A stretch of DNA of 64,000 nucleotides from Eledone cirrhosa (lineage: Eukaryota), in the NCBI GenBank assembly GCA_964016885.1, contig OZ024760.1, positions 27,218,001-27,282,000 of the forward strand, read 5' to 3'. A program made the position numbers and the translations under genes. Shown one piece after another: positions 26,261 through 41,121 of the stretch; position 1 is the stretch's first letter, and each line of letters starts with the position of its first letter. Below the pieces are notes generated by a model, which saw only the letters and a program-made list of their open reading frames with translations, was not told the DNA's origin and searched no databases.

Positions 26261-26951
26261 TTTTTCCTCACATTACTTAGAATTAATCTGAGGTCATTGA
26301 AATAAAACATTCCCAAAATATCAGACAAGTCCAGCTGGAATAACATCTAGCAATGGTAGGTTTTTGTTTAACCCTTTAGCATTTAAACCGGCCATATCCG
26401 GCTAGAATTCTCTCACCTCTTTCTGTTCAAATCAGCTGTAACTTGCCACTCATACTGATGTTAAGGTATTGTTCTCAAAATAAATAATATAAAGATCTTG
26501 TAGATTCGATATTATGTGAGATAATTATGTAAGGTAAAGACTTTATCACAAAAATACGATAGTAAATATAGAGCAATGTGAATACTAAAGGTTTAAGAAG
26601 ACATTAAATGAGAGGTGAGATGGTGTCAACCTTCACAATCAACTTGAAATATAATATCCTTTATATTACCCACCAGATGGTTATAAAATTGTAAAAAAAA
26701 TTGTAATAAAATTGTAAATAGAAATAAACTACACAACTTCCTTTATGTCTAAACTAAAGTTTTTTCTTGTAAGTTATTTTTATATTCATTCAAATATAGA
26801 AAGGAACAAAGAAACTTATATAAAATATACAATAAGTTGACGGACCTAGCATGGGGTGCATCTCAGCGAACTCAATAGGTATGGTTAAATAATACGACAC
26901 ACGTCAATGGGTACTTTCAATCTTTACCTGTACTTGAGTTTCCGCCACACT

Positions 26952-27465
26952 TAACCGTTTAGCATTTACATTACTCTATATATACTATTGTATTTTTACA
27001 GTAAAGGCTTTACCTCACATAATATCTCACATAACATTTACATTACTCTATATATACTATTGTATTTTCACAGTAAAGGCTTTACCTCACATAATATCTC
27101 ACATAACATTCACATTACTCTATATATACTATTGTATTTTCACAGTAAAGTCTTTACCTCACATAATATCTCACATAACATTTACATTACTCTATATATA
27201 CTATTGTATTTTCACAGTAAAGGCTTTACTTCACATAATATCTCACATAACATTTACATTACTCTATATATACTATTGTATTTTCACAGTAAAGGCTTTA
27301 CCTCACATAACTATCTCACATAATATCAAATCTATGGGATTTTGAAAGTATTTATTTTGAGAACAATACCTTAACATCAGTTTCAGTGACCAGTTACAGC
27401 CAGTTTCAACAGAAAGTGGTAGAGAATTCTGGCCGGTTTGGGCCGGTTTGTACATTAAAGGGTTC
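26952..27465 (-). mobile_element. piggyBac-like MITE with internal 72-bp tandem expansion
   Basis: ttaacc(g)tttagcatttac...taaagggtt ends. The 72-bp unit cattactctatatatactattgtattttcacagtaaaggctttacctcacataatatctcacataacattta occurs about 5 times. Confidence 0.7.
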
Positions 27466-27926
27466 ATGCAGTAATAGAGTGCACAGCATCTATTGTCCGC
27501 ATTTATTATGCAACAATGCATAATCGGAACATGTGGCTTCATCAGAGGGTTTCGCCTATAACCAATCGATCAACAGAATTCCATTCCGGTCTGTGTCGGT
27601 TATGACTGTATCTGACGTCCAACACAGTAAAACATTAGTAACTGAAATCTCTACGCGTCATCACAATATATATAAAATAATTGTTTATACTTTTGGCACA
27701 AGGCCAGCAATTATCCCAGTACATTACTGGTACTTTATTTTATCGACACTGAAAGGATGAAAGGCAAAGTTAACCTCGGCGGGATTTGAACACAGATCGT
27801 AAAGGGCCGTAACTCTATGCTGTAAAGCATGGCAACAATATATATAAAATAATGTTAATGTAGAATAAATTCTTAAAGGCATTGGGCAGTACTAGAAAGC
27901 TGAAATTTTGAGGTCAGCAAGTTCAG

Positions 27927-27971
<45 letters not shown>

Positions 27972-27973
<2 letters not shown>

Positions 27974-28535
27974 AAAAAGAAAGTGCAGGGCGATAAAAAT
28001 AGACGGTAGCCACGGAGTAGGCAGACCCAGAAAAACCTGGGACGACTTGATAAATTCCGACCTCACACACTTACACCTCCCCAAGACAATGTCACTGGAT
28101 CGAGATCTTTGGCGCTACACAGTAATACAGAAGACCCGCCTTGCCTAAGTACAAAGCGAAACCTACAGTGAATAGGCACCTCTAACAAAAACACCCCCGT
28201 CCCACCACCCCCACCCCATCCACACCACCCCTTTCGATGTAAAGCTATGTTGGTACCACAACATCCAGTCCGAAATAAATGAGGTCGTGTAGGTGTCACG
28301 ACAAAAAAACACACAGTCCACGCTGTAATGTGGCCGTGTAGGTAACACGGTAAAAACCTCCCAGTCCACACTGTAAACGTGGTTGGTGTTAGGAAGGGCA
28401 TCCAGCCGTAGACAGCCCGCCAGACAGTCCTATGCGAGCGAGACAACCAATCTTGCCTCAAGTGGGAAAATTCCTGTCCAAACCCATGCAAGCATGGAAG
28501 ATGGACGTTAAACGATGATGATGATGATGATGATC
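27972..28535 (+). mobile_element. 5'-truncated RTE LINE (ORF end, 3'UTR and (GAT)n tail)
   Basis: Homologous to 31605-32138 ([28 protein letters not shown]...). Another copy at 40327-40908. Confidence 0.88.
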
Positions 28536-28549
28536 ATATATATATATAA

Positions 28550-28740
28550 TATAGAAATGGTTTCTACAGGACTAGAACTGTTTAATTCAGGAGAAATCAT
28601 CAGGAAGCCCTGATGATTTCTCCCGAATGAAACAGTTCTAGTCCTGTAGAAGCCATTTCTATATTAAATATTTATACTCTGCTATGTATTGAGTACCTTA
28701 CTTACTGTGGTTACCCCCGATTGACCTAGGGATAAACTTA
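28550..28740. mobile_element. Family A element with inverted tandem hammerhead motifs
   Basis: - copy at 28559-28609 (GGCUUC-CUGAUGA...UAAAC, core mutated) abuts the + copy at 28610-28654 (CUGAUGA...GAAACAGUUCUAGUCCUGUA^GAAGCC). The tail ...tgagtaccttacttac...gggataaac runs into (TA)n. Other family A pieces at 13561-13690, 16257-16350 and 38832-38886. Confidence 0.72.
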
Positions 28741-28943
28741 TATATATATTATATATAAGTTGCAGCTGTTCTATAGCAGATGAACAATCAAACCATAAAA
28801 GGCAGTCATAAAGCACTCACTGAGTGAGGAATTTATCAATTTCTCCTCATAGTGAACACAAAATCTTAAGGACTTGTGACACCATGAATAAAGCAGAGAC
28901 ATGTACAAACAATATGTAGAAACAGGTTGAAAAACTATATATA

Positions 28944-29045
28944 CAGGGTGTCCCAAAAAATGTATACTCACTTTGATTACCTGTACAGGCAATATTTATT
29001 AAAACACTGTTGAAGTGTGTATACATTTTTTTGAGGAACACCGTG
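28944..29045. mobile_element. Tc1/mariner-type MITE
   Basis: TA|cagggtgtcccaaaaaatgtatac...gtatacattttttgaggaacaccgtg|TA: imperfect TIRs with TA target sites. Confidence 0.7.
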
Positions 29046-29101
29046 TATATCTAGTTGTTGATGGAAGGGCCAATAACATTGTATTATATATATATATAAA
29101 T

Positions 29102-29925
<824 letters not shown>

Positions 29926-30211
29926 GGGCACTCCATCGATAATAACAGTCAGTGTTCCAACCAATAACATAACATTAGTGGACCAACAACCAACAACCAA
30001 CTGGTAGCAGTTACGGTACCAGTTACTGTAGAGTATCAATTTTGTCACTGTCAGCTGGCTTCTTTGCTTACCTACGCAGTTTTCTAGCTTGAAAGAAATG
30101 AATCAAACTAAACCAATTGCCTTCTTCCTCCACTCAAGTTTGTCACGTAGGCCATTGAGATGGGTTCCTCAGGATTTCCCAAACACAGGCATTCTACAAA
30201 TTATTCATTAT

Positions 30212-30242
<31 letters not shown>

Positions 30243-30369
30243 GTGTGTGTGTATATATGTATATATATATGTATGTGTATATATATATATATATGTATGT
30301 GTATATATATATATATGTATGTGTGTATATATATATATGTATGTGTATGTATGTGTATATATATATATA

Positions 30370-30506
<137 letters not shown>

Positions 30507-30647
30507 ATATATATAAGTATGTATGTATATATATATATACACACATATGTATATATATACAAACACATATATATATGTGTGTGTGTATATGTATATATAT
30601 GTATGTATATATGTGTGTATGTGTATATATATGTATATATGTGTGTA

Positions 30648-30678
<31 letters not shown>

Positions 30679-30820
30679 GTGTATGCGTATATATATGTAT
30701 ATATATATATATGTGTGTATGCGTATATATATGTATATATATATATATGTGTGTATGCGTATATATATGTATATATATATATATATGTATATGTATATGT
30801 ATATATATATGTATATATAT

Positions 30821-32138
30821 GTCGACCTGACACTCATAGCGGAATCAATGGCCGAGCTAGAGAAGAAATTCCAAACATGGAAGCACGGCCTAGAGTCAAA
30901 AGGACTTAAAATTAACCTGGCTAAGACCAAAGTTCTAGTTTGTAGGAAAGAAAACAAGGCGGCGGTCCTTTCTGGGAAATGGTCGTGCTCGGTATGTAGG
31001 AAAGGCGTAGGTAGAAACTCCATCTTATGTCCTAAATGCAAAGTATGGGTGCATAAAAGATGTAGTGGGATCACAGGTAAGCTAACTAAGAACATAGACT
31101 TTACATGTGGCCGGTGTTCTGGTGCAATAAGTAGCAGCAAGTGCCCACAAAATACTAGCTCTTTCAATTGCGCAGAGGGTTCTATAGAAATAGTGGACAG
31201 CTTCCGTTACCTGGGCGATAAAATCAGCAGTGGGGGAGGGTGCTCTGAAAGTACTGTAGCTAGAGTCAGAACTGGTTGGAAAAAGTTCAGAGAGCTTATA
31301 CCACTATTAGCTGCTAAAGGGTTCTCCCTAAAAATGAAAGGCAGGTTGTACGATGCCTGCATACGAACAGCAATGTTGCATGGTAGTGAGACCTGGGCAT
31401 TGTGTGCAGAGGATATACGCAGACTAGAGAGGAACGAAGCTTGCATGCTCCGCTGGATGTGTAACAGTAATATACGTGAACGGCAAAGCATAAACGAACT
31501 AAGGAAAAAATTAGAGATAAGAGGGATCAGATGTTGTTTACTCGAGAGAAGGCTGCGTTGGTATGGACACGTGATGCGCATGAAAGTCGATAGCTGTATT
31601 ACAAAGTGCAGGGCAATAAAGATAGACGGTAGCCACGGAATAGGCAGACCTAGAAAAACATGGGATGAGCTGATAAACTCCGACCTCACACACTTACACC
31701 TCTCCAAGACAATGTCACTGGACCGTGACCTTTGGCGGTACTCAGTAACAGAGAAGACCCGCCTTGCCAGTAGGCATCTCTAACAAACTACACCCCGTCC
31801 CGCCACCACCCCCACCCCATCCACACCACCCCGTTCTATGTAAAGTTATGTTGGTGCCGCGCCATCCAGGCCGAAACAAATGAGATCGTGTAGGTGTCAC
31901 GACAAAAAAACACACAGTCCACGCTGTAATGTGGCCGTGTAGGCAACACGGTAAAAACCTCCCAGACCCACACTGTAAATGTGGTTGGTGTTAGGAAGGG
32001 CATCCAACTGTAGAAAACCTGCCAGACAGTCCTATGCGAGCAAGACAATCACTCTTGCCTCAAGTGGGACTACCCCCGTCCAAACCCATGCAAGCGTGGA
32101 ACACGGACGTTAAACGTTGATGATGATGATGATGATGA
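30821..32138 (+). mobile_element. RTE-clade LINE 3' portion (RT C-terminus with Cys/His finger insert, 3'UTR, (GAT)n tail)
   Basis: Open frame to 31783: [15 protein letters not shown]...[21 protein letters not shown]...[12 protein letters not shown]...[14 protein letters not shown]...MLHGSETW...[11 protein letters not shown]...GRPRKTW. 5'-truncated into a microsatellite. Confidence 0.92.
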
Positions 32139-32142
32139 TATA

Positions 32143-32211
<69 letters not shown>

Positions 32212-32220
32212 ATGTATATA

Positions 32221-32260
<40 letters not shown>

Positions 32261-32411
32261 TATATATGTATATCATCATCATCATCATTTTACGTCCGCT
32301 CTTCCCAGCTTGCAAGGGTGGGACGGGTCTTATTCAGCACAGCATCTCTCCACTTGTCACGGTCCTTCCTCATCTCCACCGTGAGCTTCAGCGATCTGAT
32401 GTCTGTATATA

Positions 32412-32496
<85 letters not shown>

Positions 32497-32604
32497 GTAT
32501 ATATGTGTATATATTTATATATAAGTATACATATATGTGTGTATATATATGTGCATATGTATATGTGTGTGTATATATATATAACTGTGTGTGTATATAT
32601 ATAA

Positions 32605-32638
<34 letters not shown>

Positions 32639-33130
32639 ATATCAAAATATGTCATGTAAATGTCTTGCTTTCACCACCATATATTTCTGTATATAAAAAT
32701 ATATATGTGTATATATACATATATATCATCATCATAATCATTTCATTTTACGTCCACTTTTCCCTGCTTGCAAGGGAACTGATTCTGGCTTGATTTCTAC
32801 AGCTGGATGCCCTTCCTAACACCAACCTCATTTACAGTGAGTGCTGGGTGCTTTTTTTGCCGTGGCACCTACACGACCACTTTACAGTGGAATGATAGGG
32901 ACCCCAGTCCCTATCATCTCATTTCTACAGCTGAGTAAACTGGAACAATGTGAAATAAAGTCTCTTGCTCAAGGAAAAAACACATCACCCAGTCTGAGAA
33001 TTGAACTCACACCCTTTCAATTGCAAGGCCAATGCTCTAACCACTAAGCCATGTGCCTCCATATATATATATATAGATAGATATGCTATTAAGTTAGACA
33101 TGGCCTGGGCCAATACTGGCGAAACCTATC

Positions 33131-34350
33131 AAAGTTATATGTATGAGGAAGTTCCACACATGGAAACATGGCCTAGAATCAAAAGGTCTTAAGGTTAACT
33201 TATCTAAGACTAAAGTTCTAGTATGTAGAAAGGAAGATAGGGTACAGGTTCCTTCTGGGAAATGGCCATGTTGAGTGTGTAGGAAAGGAGTAGGCAGAAA
33301 TTCCATTCTATGTCCCAAATGCAAAGTATGGGTACATAAAAGATGTAGTGGGATCACAGGCAGGCTATCAAAGAACATAGATTTTATATGTGGCCAATGC
33401 TCAGGTGCAATAATTAGCAAGTGTGCACAGAATACTAGCTCCTTCAACTGCCCAGACAGCTCTATAGAAATAGTAGACACTTTCCATTACCTGGGTGACA
33501 AAATCAGCAGTGGTGGAGGGTGCTCTGAAAGTACTGTAGCCAGAGTTAGAACGGGATGGAAAAAGTTCAGAGTACTAATACCACTGTTGGCCACAAGGGG
33601 TTTTTCCCCTAAAAGTGAAAGGCAGATTGTATGATGCTTGTATACGAACGGTAATGTTACATGGTAGTGAGATTTGGGCGTTGTGTGCAGAGGACCTGTG
33701 TAGATTAGAAAGAAATGAAGCTTGCATGCTCCAATGGATGTGTAATAGTAATATACGTGAACTGCAAAGCATAAACGAATTGAGAGAGAGACTAAGCATA
33801 AGAGGTATCAAATGTTGTGTTCTAGAAAGGAGATTGCGTTGGTATGGACATGTGATGCGTATGAAGGACAACAGCTGTATAAAAAAGTGCAGGGCGATCA
33901 AAATTGATGGAAGCTACGGAGTGGGTAAACCAAGAAAAACCTGGCACGATGTGATAAAAAACTGACCTTGTTCACTTACACCTCTCTCAGGCGATGTCAC
34001 TGGATCGAGATCTTTGGCACTATGTAGTAATACAGAAGACCCGACTACCATTACATACAAACCTAGTCAGTAGACACCTCTTAACAGAATATACACCTCA
34101 CCCCCACACACCCTACTCCATCTTCCCATTTCCGTCCACTGTAAAGTGGTTGTGTCAGTGATACGACAAAAAGCACCCAGTCCACACTGTAAATGTGGTT
34201 GGTGTTAAGAAGGGCATCCAGCCATAGAAAACCTGCCAAGGACTGTTCTGTACGAGCGGGACACAATCTCTCGACCAATCTCGCCTCAAATAGAACAAAA
34301 CCATCCAACCGATACTGGCGTGGAAGATGGACGTTAAATGATGATGATGA
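33131..34350 (+). mobile_element. Second RTE LINE fragment, frameshifted
   Basis: Same protein in pieces (ORFs 33275-33634 and 33615-33965) with a stop and a frameshift; 3'UTR and (GAT)n tail. Confidence 0.9.
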
Positions 34351-34392
34351 TATACATATGTATGTACCTATATACATATGTATATACATATA

Positions 34393-35460
34393 TAAAAACA
34401 CACAGTCCACGCTGTAATGTGGCTGTGTAGGTAACACAGTAAAAACCTCCCAGTCCACACTGTAAACATGGTTGGTGTTAGGAAGGGCACCCAGCCGTAG
34501 AAAACCAGCCAGACGTGTAGGTATCACGACAATAAAACACACAGTCCACGCTGTAAGGTGGCTGTGTAGGTAACACAGTAAAAACCTCCCAGTCCACACT
34601 GTAAACATGGTTGGTGTTAGGAAGGGCACCCAGCCGTAGAAAACCAGCCAGACGTGTAGGTATCACGACAATAAAACACACAGTCCACGCTGTAAGGTGG
34701 CTGTGTAGGTAACACAGTAAAAACCTCCCAGTCCACACTGTAAACATGGTTGGTGTTAGGAAGGGCACCCAGCCGTAGAAAACCCACCAGACGTGTATGT
34801 ATCACGACAATAAAACACACAGTCCACGCTGTAAGGTGGCTGTGTAGGTAACACAGTAAAAACCTCCCAGTCCACACTGTAAACATGGTTGGTGTTAGGA
34901 AGGGCACCCAGCCGTAGAAAACCCACCAGACGTGTATGTATCACGACAATAAAACACACAGTCCACGCTGTAAGGTGGCTGTGTAGGTAACACAGTAAAA
35001 ACCTCCCAGTCCACACTGTAAACATGGTTGGTGTTAGGAAGGGCACCCAGCCGTAGAAAACCAGCCAGACGTGTAGGTATCACGACAATAAAACACACAG
35101 TCCACGCTGTAAGGTGGCTGTGTAAGTAACACAGTAAAAACCTCCCAGTCCACACTGTAAACATGGTTGGTGTTAGGAAGGGCACCCAGCCGTAGAAAAC
35201 CAGCCAGACGTGTAGGTATCACGACAATAAAACACACAGTCCACGCTGTAAGGTGGCTGTGTAAGTAACACAGTAAAAACCTCCCAGTCCACACTGTAAA
35301 CATGGTTGGTGTTAGGAAGGGCATCCAGCCGTAGAAAACCTGCCAGATAGTGCCATACAAGCGAGACATGGTCACCCGACAAATCTTGCCTTAGGTGGGA
35401 CAATTCCCATCTAAACCCATGCTAGCGTGGAAGATGGACGTTAAACGATGATGATGATGA
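34393..35460 (+). repeat. 139-bp tandem array (~7 units) of RTE 3'UTR sequence
   Basis: 139-bp period (ORF ends at 34478, 34617, 34756...). It ends in the normal RTE 3' terminus with (GAT)n. Confidence 0.92.
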
Positions 35461-35512
35461 TATGTGTGTGTGTATATATATATATATGTGTACATATAGA
35501 TGTGTGTGTATG

Positions 35513-35544
<32 letters not shown>

Positions 35545-35594
35545 CATGGTGTGTGTGTGTGTGTATACATATATATATATAATGCACATATAGG

Positions 35595-35697
35595 AGTAAA
35601 AACAGGAGAGAGAGATTAACCCTTGGAAATTCGTCTATTTAACCCTCTAACTCTTAGCAAAGTAAATACTACCACTACTTCACTTCTAATAATAATG

Positions 35698-35745
<48 letters not shown>

Positions 35746-35931
35746 ATAGTAGTAGTAATAGTAGTAGTAGTAATAGTAGCAGTAATACTACTACTACTAC
35801 TACTACTGCTGCTACTATTTCTACTACTACTACCATTATTATTATAAGTAGTGGTAGTATTTACTTTGCTAAGAGTTAGAGGGTTAAATAGACGAATTTC
35901 CAAGGATTAGTCTCCCTCTCTCTCCTGTTTT
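35595..35931. repeat. Inverted repeat with a (TAG)n/(CTA)n centre
   Basis: taaaaacaggagagagag...gtctatttaaccctctaactcttagcaaagtaaatactaccactactt and its reverse complement flank a microsatellite that switches strand. Confidence 0.85.
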
Positions 35932-36035
35932 TAGTAGTAGTAATACTACTACTACTACTACCACTACCCCCACATTTCCAGAACATTCTCTACAACCAGT
36001 ACAATGCCAGCAGTAACCAATATACCAAACTTGTG

Positions 36036-36130
36036 TACGTGTAAATGTGTACGTCATAAAGTTGCCACGTGTTTTACTATATTCACTGCCAACGCCAAAA
36101 CTTGTCTCTCTCTCTAGACCGGAAGTGACG
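36036..36130 (+). promoter_or_regulatory. Intronic transcription-factor motif cluster (candidate enhancer or alternative promoter)
   Basis: TACGTG (36036), TACGTCA (36050), GCCACGTG (36064) and CCGGAAGTGACG (ETS plus half-CRE, 36119) within 95 bp of non-repeat sequence. Confidence 0.4.
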
Positions 36131-36328
36131 ACATCACTAGACAGCAGTGCTTCCTTTACCATTCTCCCACTACACTGGCACAAACATGTGTAGATTATAG
36201 TATACTGTATAGTATAGTATGCTGTATATTATAAACACAACTCCGTTTTTTTTTTCTTTACCCTTCCTTCCCCCCACACCTCGACAAGAGCTAAGGAAAG
36301 GGCTTATGTATGTAGGTATGCGTGTATG

Positions 36329-36370
<42 letters not shown>

Positions 36371-38790
36371 TATATATAAATATATATATGTCTATATATA
36401 AATATATGTATATATGTATGTATATATGTATGTATATATATATGTATGTATATATGTATGTATATATATATGTATATATATATATATATGTGTATATGTA
36501 TGTATATATATATATATATATGTGTATATGTATGTATATATATATATGTGTATATGTATGTATATATATATATATGTGTATATGTATGTATATATATATA
36601 TATGTGTATATGTATGTATATATATATATATGTGTATATGTATGTATATATATATATATGTGTATATGTATGTATTTATATATATATGTGTATGTATATA
36701 GATATATATGTGTATATATAGATATATATGTGTATATATATATGTATATATATATATACATATATATATACATGGTCGGGTCATTGGCGACTAAACTGGC
36801 AACCCCACCAAGGTTTCTTGGTGAGGAGGGTGACTTTGGACATCCTGCAGGACTAAAAACAAAACCTGTCAAAGGGCAAAGGAGCTCTTAAGAGTCAATA
36901 GCCATCCAAAATCACCGGGAGAGATGACCCCTTAGCCTTTGTCAAGGCAGAATTCTAGGAGAAGGAAAACTCTGATATAACACCTGCAACCCTGATGGTA
37001 TCCAATGATGTTGACTTGTTCTTCTTTTTGGTAAATATCATCTTGGTTAAGAGAGTGGGACTGGCTTTGTGCAGTGCCTTTGCTCACTATAAAAGCTTCA
37101 CGGCACAGGCATTGCTTTATATCTGGAGAGCTCTCTGCACTTGTTGTCACATGGTACCATGGGCCCAGCACTATGTATCAATAATTGTCACAAGTGTAGT
37201 GTTTGTACCAGAGTTTTCAAGTCGCTGGCTGGATTAAAAAGTCACACTCGTTCAGCGCATCGGTAGGGGTTCTCCTACATGGATATAAAGTAGTGGCCGT
37301 ACTCGAAAACGAGTTGGCAGCCACCATATATATATATGTGTGTATATGTATGTATATATATGTATATATATGTAGATGTATATATGTATGTATATATATA
37401 TATATGTATGTATATATATATGTGTGTATATATATATATGTATATATATATATATGTATATATATATGTTTTTATATGTATGTATATATATATAAAGAAT
37501 CAATTCAAGATTGTCTAAAGTTATATATATATATAGTTGTTTATATATATATATACATATATAACGAAGGACGTGTGGTAAGGAACCAGATAGACCATAC
37601 CGTACCAGAATACTCAATACTTAGGGTAGTAGAGTGAGTAATAGGAAAAAGTTTAACCCCGGCGGCAGAACTCAAACTTTGAGCTCTGCCGTCCGGGTTA
37701 AACTTTTTCCTATATATATATATATTATATTCAAAGTATATATATATTATATTCATGTCATGTTTGAGATAATTTAAAACATGTGTCTTGTCTCACAAAA
37801 TAAGCTTTCAAAGAATTAATCCAAGCATTTAATCATTACAAAATAGTGAATGACATATGTATATACATATATATCTACTGATATAAATGTATAACAGAAC
37901 ATATCAAACTTTAATCGCAGACAATCTGTATAGAATGGAATACTTAGTTCGTTATATATCATCATCATCATCATCATTTCATTTTACGTCCGCTTTTTCC
38001 TTGCTTGCAAGGGTGGGACGGAAACTGATTCTGGCTTGATTTCTACAGCTGGATGCCCTTCCTAACACCAACCTCATTTACAGTGAGTGGTGGGTGCCTT
38101 TTTGTCGTGGCACCTCCACGACCACTTTGCAGTGGAATGATATGGACCCCACTCTCTATCATTTCATTTCTACAGCTGAATAAACTGGAGCAATATGAAA
38201 TAAAGTGTCTTGCTCAAGGAAACAACACATCACCCGGTCTGAGAATTGAACTCACAACCTTTCGATTGCAAGGCCAATGCTCTAACCACTAAGCCATGTG
38301 CCTCCATGTATATATATATATAAGGAACGATCGACTTTCGTCAAATCGAACCGAGGAAACAATGTTTCCATGGGTCTTTCCAATTGCTAACACTATCTAT
38401 CGGTTGCAACTCCAGGTAGAAGGAGCAGCATGAAATAAAGTGTCTTGCTCAAGGACATAACGCATCACCCGGTCCAGGAATCGAACTAACAACCTCACAA
38501 TTGCGAATCCAATTTTCTAACCACTCAGCCACACGTCTTCACTCTCAGCCACACACCTTCACCTTACACACACACATATATATATATATGTAAGGTGGCC
38601 ATGTAGGAGACACAGTTAAAAAGCTCCCAGTACTCACTGTAAATGTGGTTGGTGTTAGGAAGGGCATCCAGCTGTAAAAAAACCTGCCAGAAACGCTTCA
38701 GTGCGACCGAGACATGGTCTCCCGACCATTCCTGCATCAAATGGAACAAAACTGTCTAACCCATGCTAGCGTGGAAGATGGACATTAAAC

Positions 38791-38830
<40 letters not shown>

Positions 38831-39208
38831 TATGAAACAGTTCTAGTCCTGTAGAAGCCATTTCTATATTAAAATGTTATACTCTCCGGATGGTTGTTTA
38901 TATATTGTGTTGTGTGATAGCTCACAACACCCAAAAACCAGATAGTTAGGACAGAACAAAGGAGAGACACAAAATAAAATCGTAGTCACTGGGGAGGTCA
39001 CAGAAAGTGTGACAAAAGAACTTTGACAATATATAAACAACCATCCAGTTATCAAACCAACCAACCAACCGGAAATTTATAATAAATTGAAGTAAAAACT
39101 AACAGGTGCATGTGTTTTTATTGGTAGCATGACCCTCCCAAAGTATAAATATCTGTTTCAACACACGTTTTCAGATAAGAAATCTTGCAAAACGAATTCA
39201 AAAACGAA

Positions 39209-39250
<42 letters not shown>

Positions 39251-39412
39251 AAATTTCGCTCTACGTGGCTGAATACAATAAATGTAATCTGAGTTTTTCA
39301 AATATTAATAATAACATTCGATTCATTTGCAATTATGCAAACAAGCCTCAATTTTATAGCCATGTCAGTAGAATGAACACTTCATTCTTGCTCTTGTGTT
39401 GGCATGTGAACA

Positions 39413-39462
39413 GAACTGCAGACACTAATGTTTCTGGGTATCACCCTTCATCAGTACAGCTC
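39413..39462 (-). ncRNA. Canonical type I hammerhead ribozyme, family F (antisense copy)
   Basis: Reverse complement of 39944-39993. Confidence 0.83.
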
Positions 39463-39943
39463 ACTGCTCACCTGCCAAACTCTCAGAGCTAGTGAAAATA
39501 TATGCTATTTTCAAAAATACACAGTGACTGATCAGCTTGATTTGCATATTAGCAGATCCACTGATCAATCAGATTTGCATATCAGCAGACTGGCCAGTCA
39601 GTTTCCTGTATACGGGCGATAAATGGCCGGCTTTGCCAAATTCAAATAAAAAAGAAAATGTTCGCTCTACATGGCTGAATACAATAAATGTAGTCTGAGT
39701 TTTTTGAATATTAATAATAACATTCGATTCATTTGCAAATATATTGAATGTTGTTGTTAATATGCAGGAAACTGACTGGCCAGTCTGCTGATATGCAAAT
39801 CTGGCTGATCAGTGGATCTGCTAATATGCAGATCTGACTGATCAGCCAGTCTGTTAATATGCAAATCAAGCTGATCAGTGACTGTGTATTTTTGAAAATA
39901 GCAGATATTTTCACTAGCTCTGACAGTTTGGTAGTTGAACAGT

Positions 39944-39993
39944 GAGCTGTACTGATGAAGGGTGATACCCAGAAACATTAGTGTCTGCAGTTC
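39944..39993 (+). ncRNA. Canonical type I hammerhead ribozyme, family F
   Basis: GAGCUGUA-CUGAUGA-A GGGU[GAU]ACCC A-GAAACA[UUAG]UGUC^UGCAGUUC: 8-bp stem I, 4-bp stem II, 3-bp stem III and a GUC triplet; predicted cleavage after 39985. Confidence 0.85.
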
Positions 39994-41121
39994 TGTTCAC
40001 ATGCCAACACAAGAGCAAGAAAGAAGGGTTTATTCTACTGACATGGCTATAAAATTGAGGCTTGTTTGCATAATTGCAAACAAATCAAATGTTATTATTA
40101 ATATTCGAAAAACTCAGATTATATTTATTATATATGTATATATATATATACTTCATTTCTGAATTTGTACATATATATATTTTTTAATAAATATTTGTTC
40201 TAGGGTTTTTATATATTTGATATATATTTATCCTTATCGAGCCCTCTTTGGATTTTTGTCTTCAAATTTATTATTATTACTATCATCATCATCTTCATCT
40301 ACTATAATATATATATATATATATATGAAAGACGACAGCTGTATAAAAAAGTGCAGGGCAATAAAAATAGACGGTAGCCACGGAGTAGGCAGACTCAGAA
40401 AAACCTGGGACGACTTGATAAATTCCGACCTCACACACTTACACCTCTCCAAGACAATGTCACTGGACTGAGATCTTTGGCGCTACACAGTAATAGAGAA
40501 GACCTGCCTTACCTAAGTACAAAGTGAAACCTACTACAGTCAGTAGGCACCTCTAACAAAATACACCCCGTTCCACTACCCCCACCCCATCCACACCGCC
40601 CCTTTCAATGTAAAGTTATGTTGGTACCACACCATCCAGGCCGAAACAAATGAGATCGTGTAGGTGTCACGACAAAAAACACACAGTCCACGCTGTAATG
40701 TGGCCGTGTAGGCAACACGGTAAAAACCTCCCAGCCCCACACTGTAAATGTGGTTGGTGTTAGGAAGGGCATCCAACTGTAGAAAACCCGCCAGACAGTC
40801 CTATGCGAGCAAGACAACCACTCTTGCCTCAAGTGGGAAAACCCCCGTCCAAACCCATGCAAGCGTGGAACACGGACGCTAAACCTGATGATGATGATGA
40901 TGATGATGTATACATATATACGTATGTATGTGTATATATATATATATTCTGAATTCTCTTGGGCCTCCTATTAACTGTCCTTAACATGTCTGTCTGTCAC
41001 AATGGTTGAATCTATTTTAAACTATAGGGGTGTGTGGTATGGGGTAGGATACCAGGAAGTGTCCTTGACATTTTGAGAGGGGACAATTGGTAAATTGTGT
41101 AAAATGGATTTATTACATCCC

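Larger units (their letters stand above)
39246..40130. mobile_element. Large inverted-pair element carrying two canonical hammerheads (family F)
   Basis: Inverted arms ~39270-39608 and ~39766-40128 between (TA)n tracts. A related inverted fragment without the ribozyme is at 9078-9360. Confidence 0.78.

Noticed and set aside
27515-27560. Minus-strand CTGATGA next to GAAAC
   Set aside because: The order and pairing do not give a complete hammerhead.
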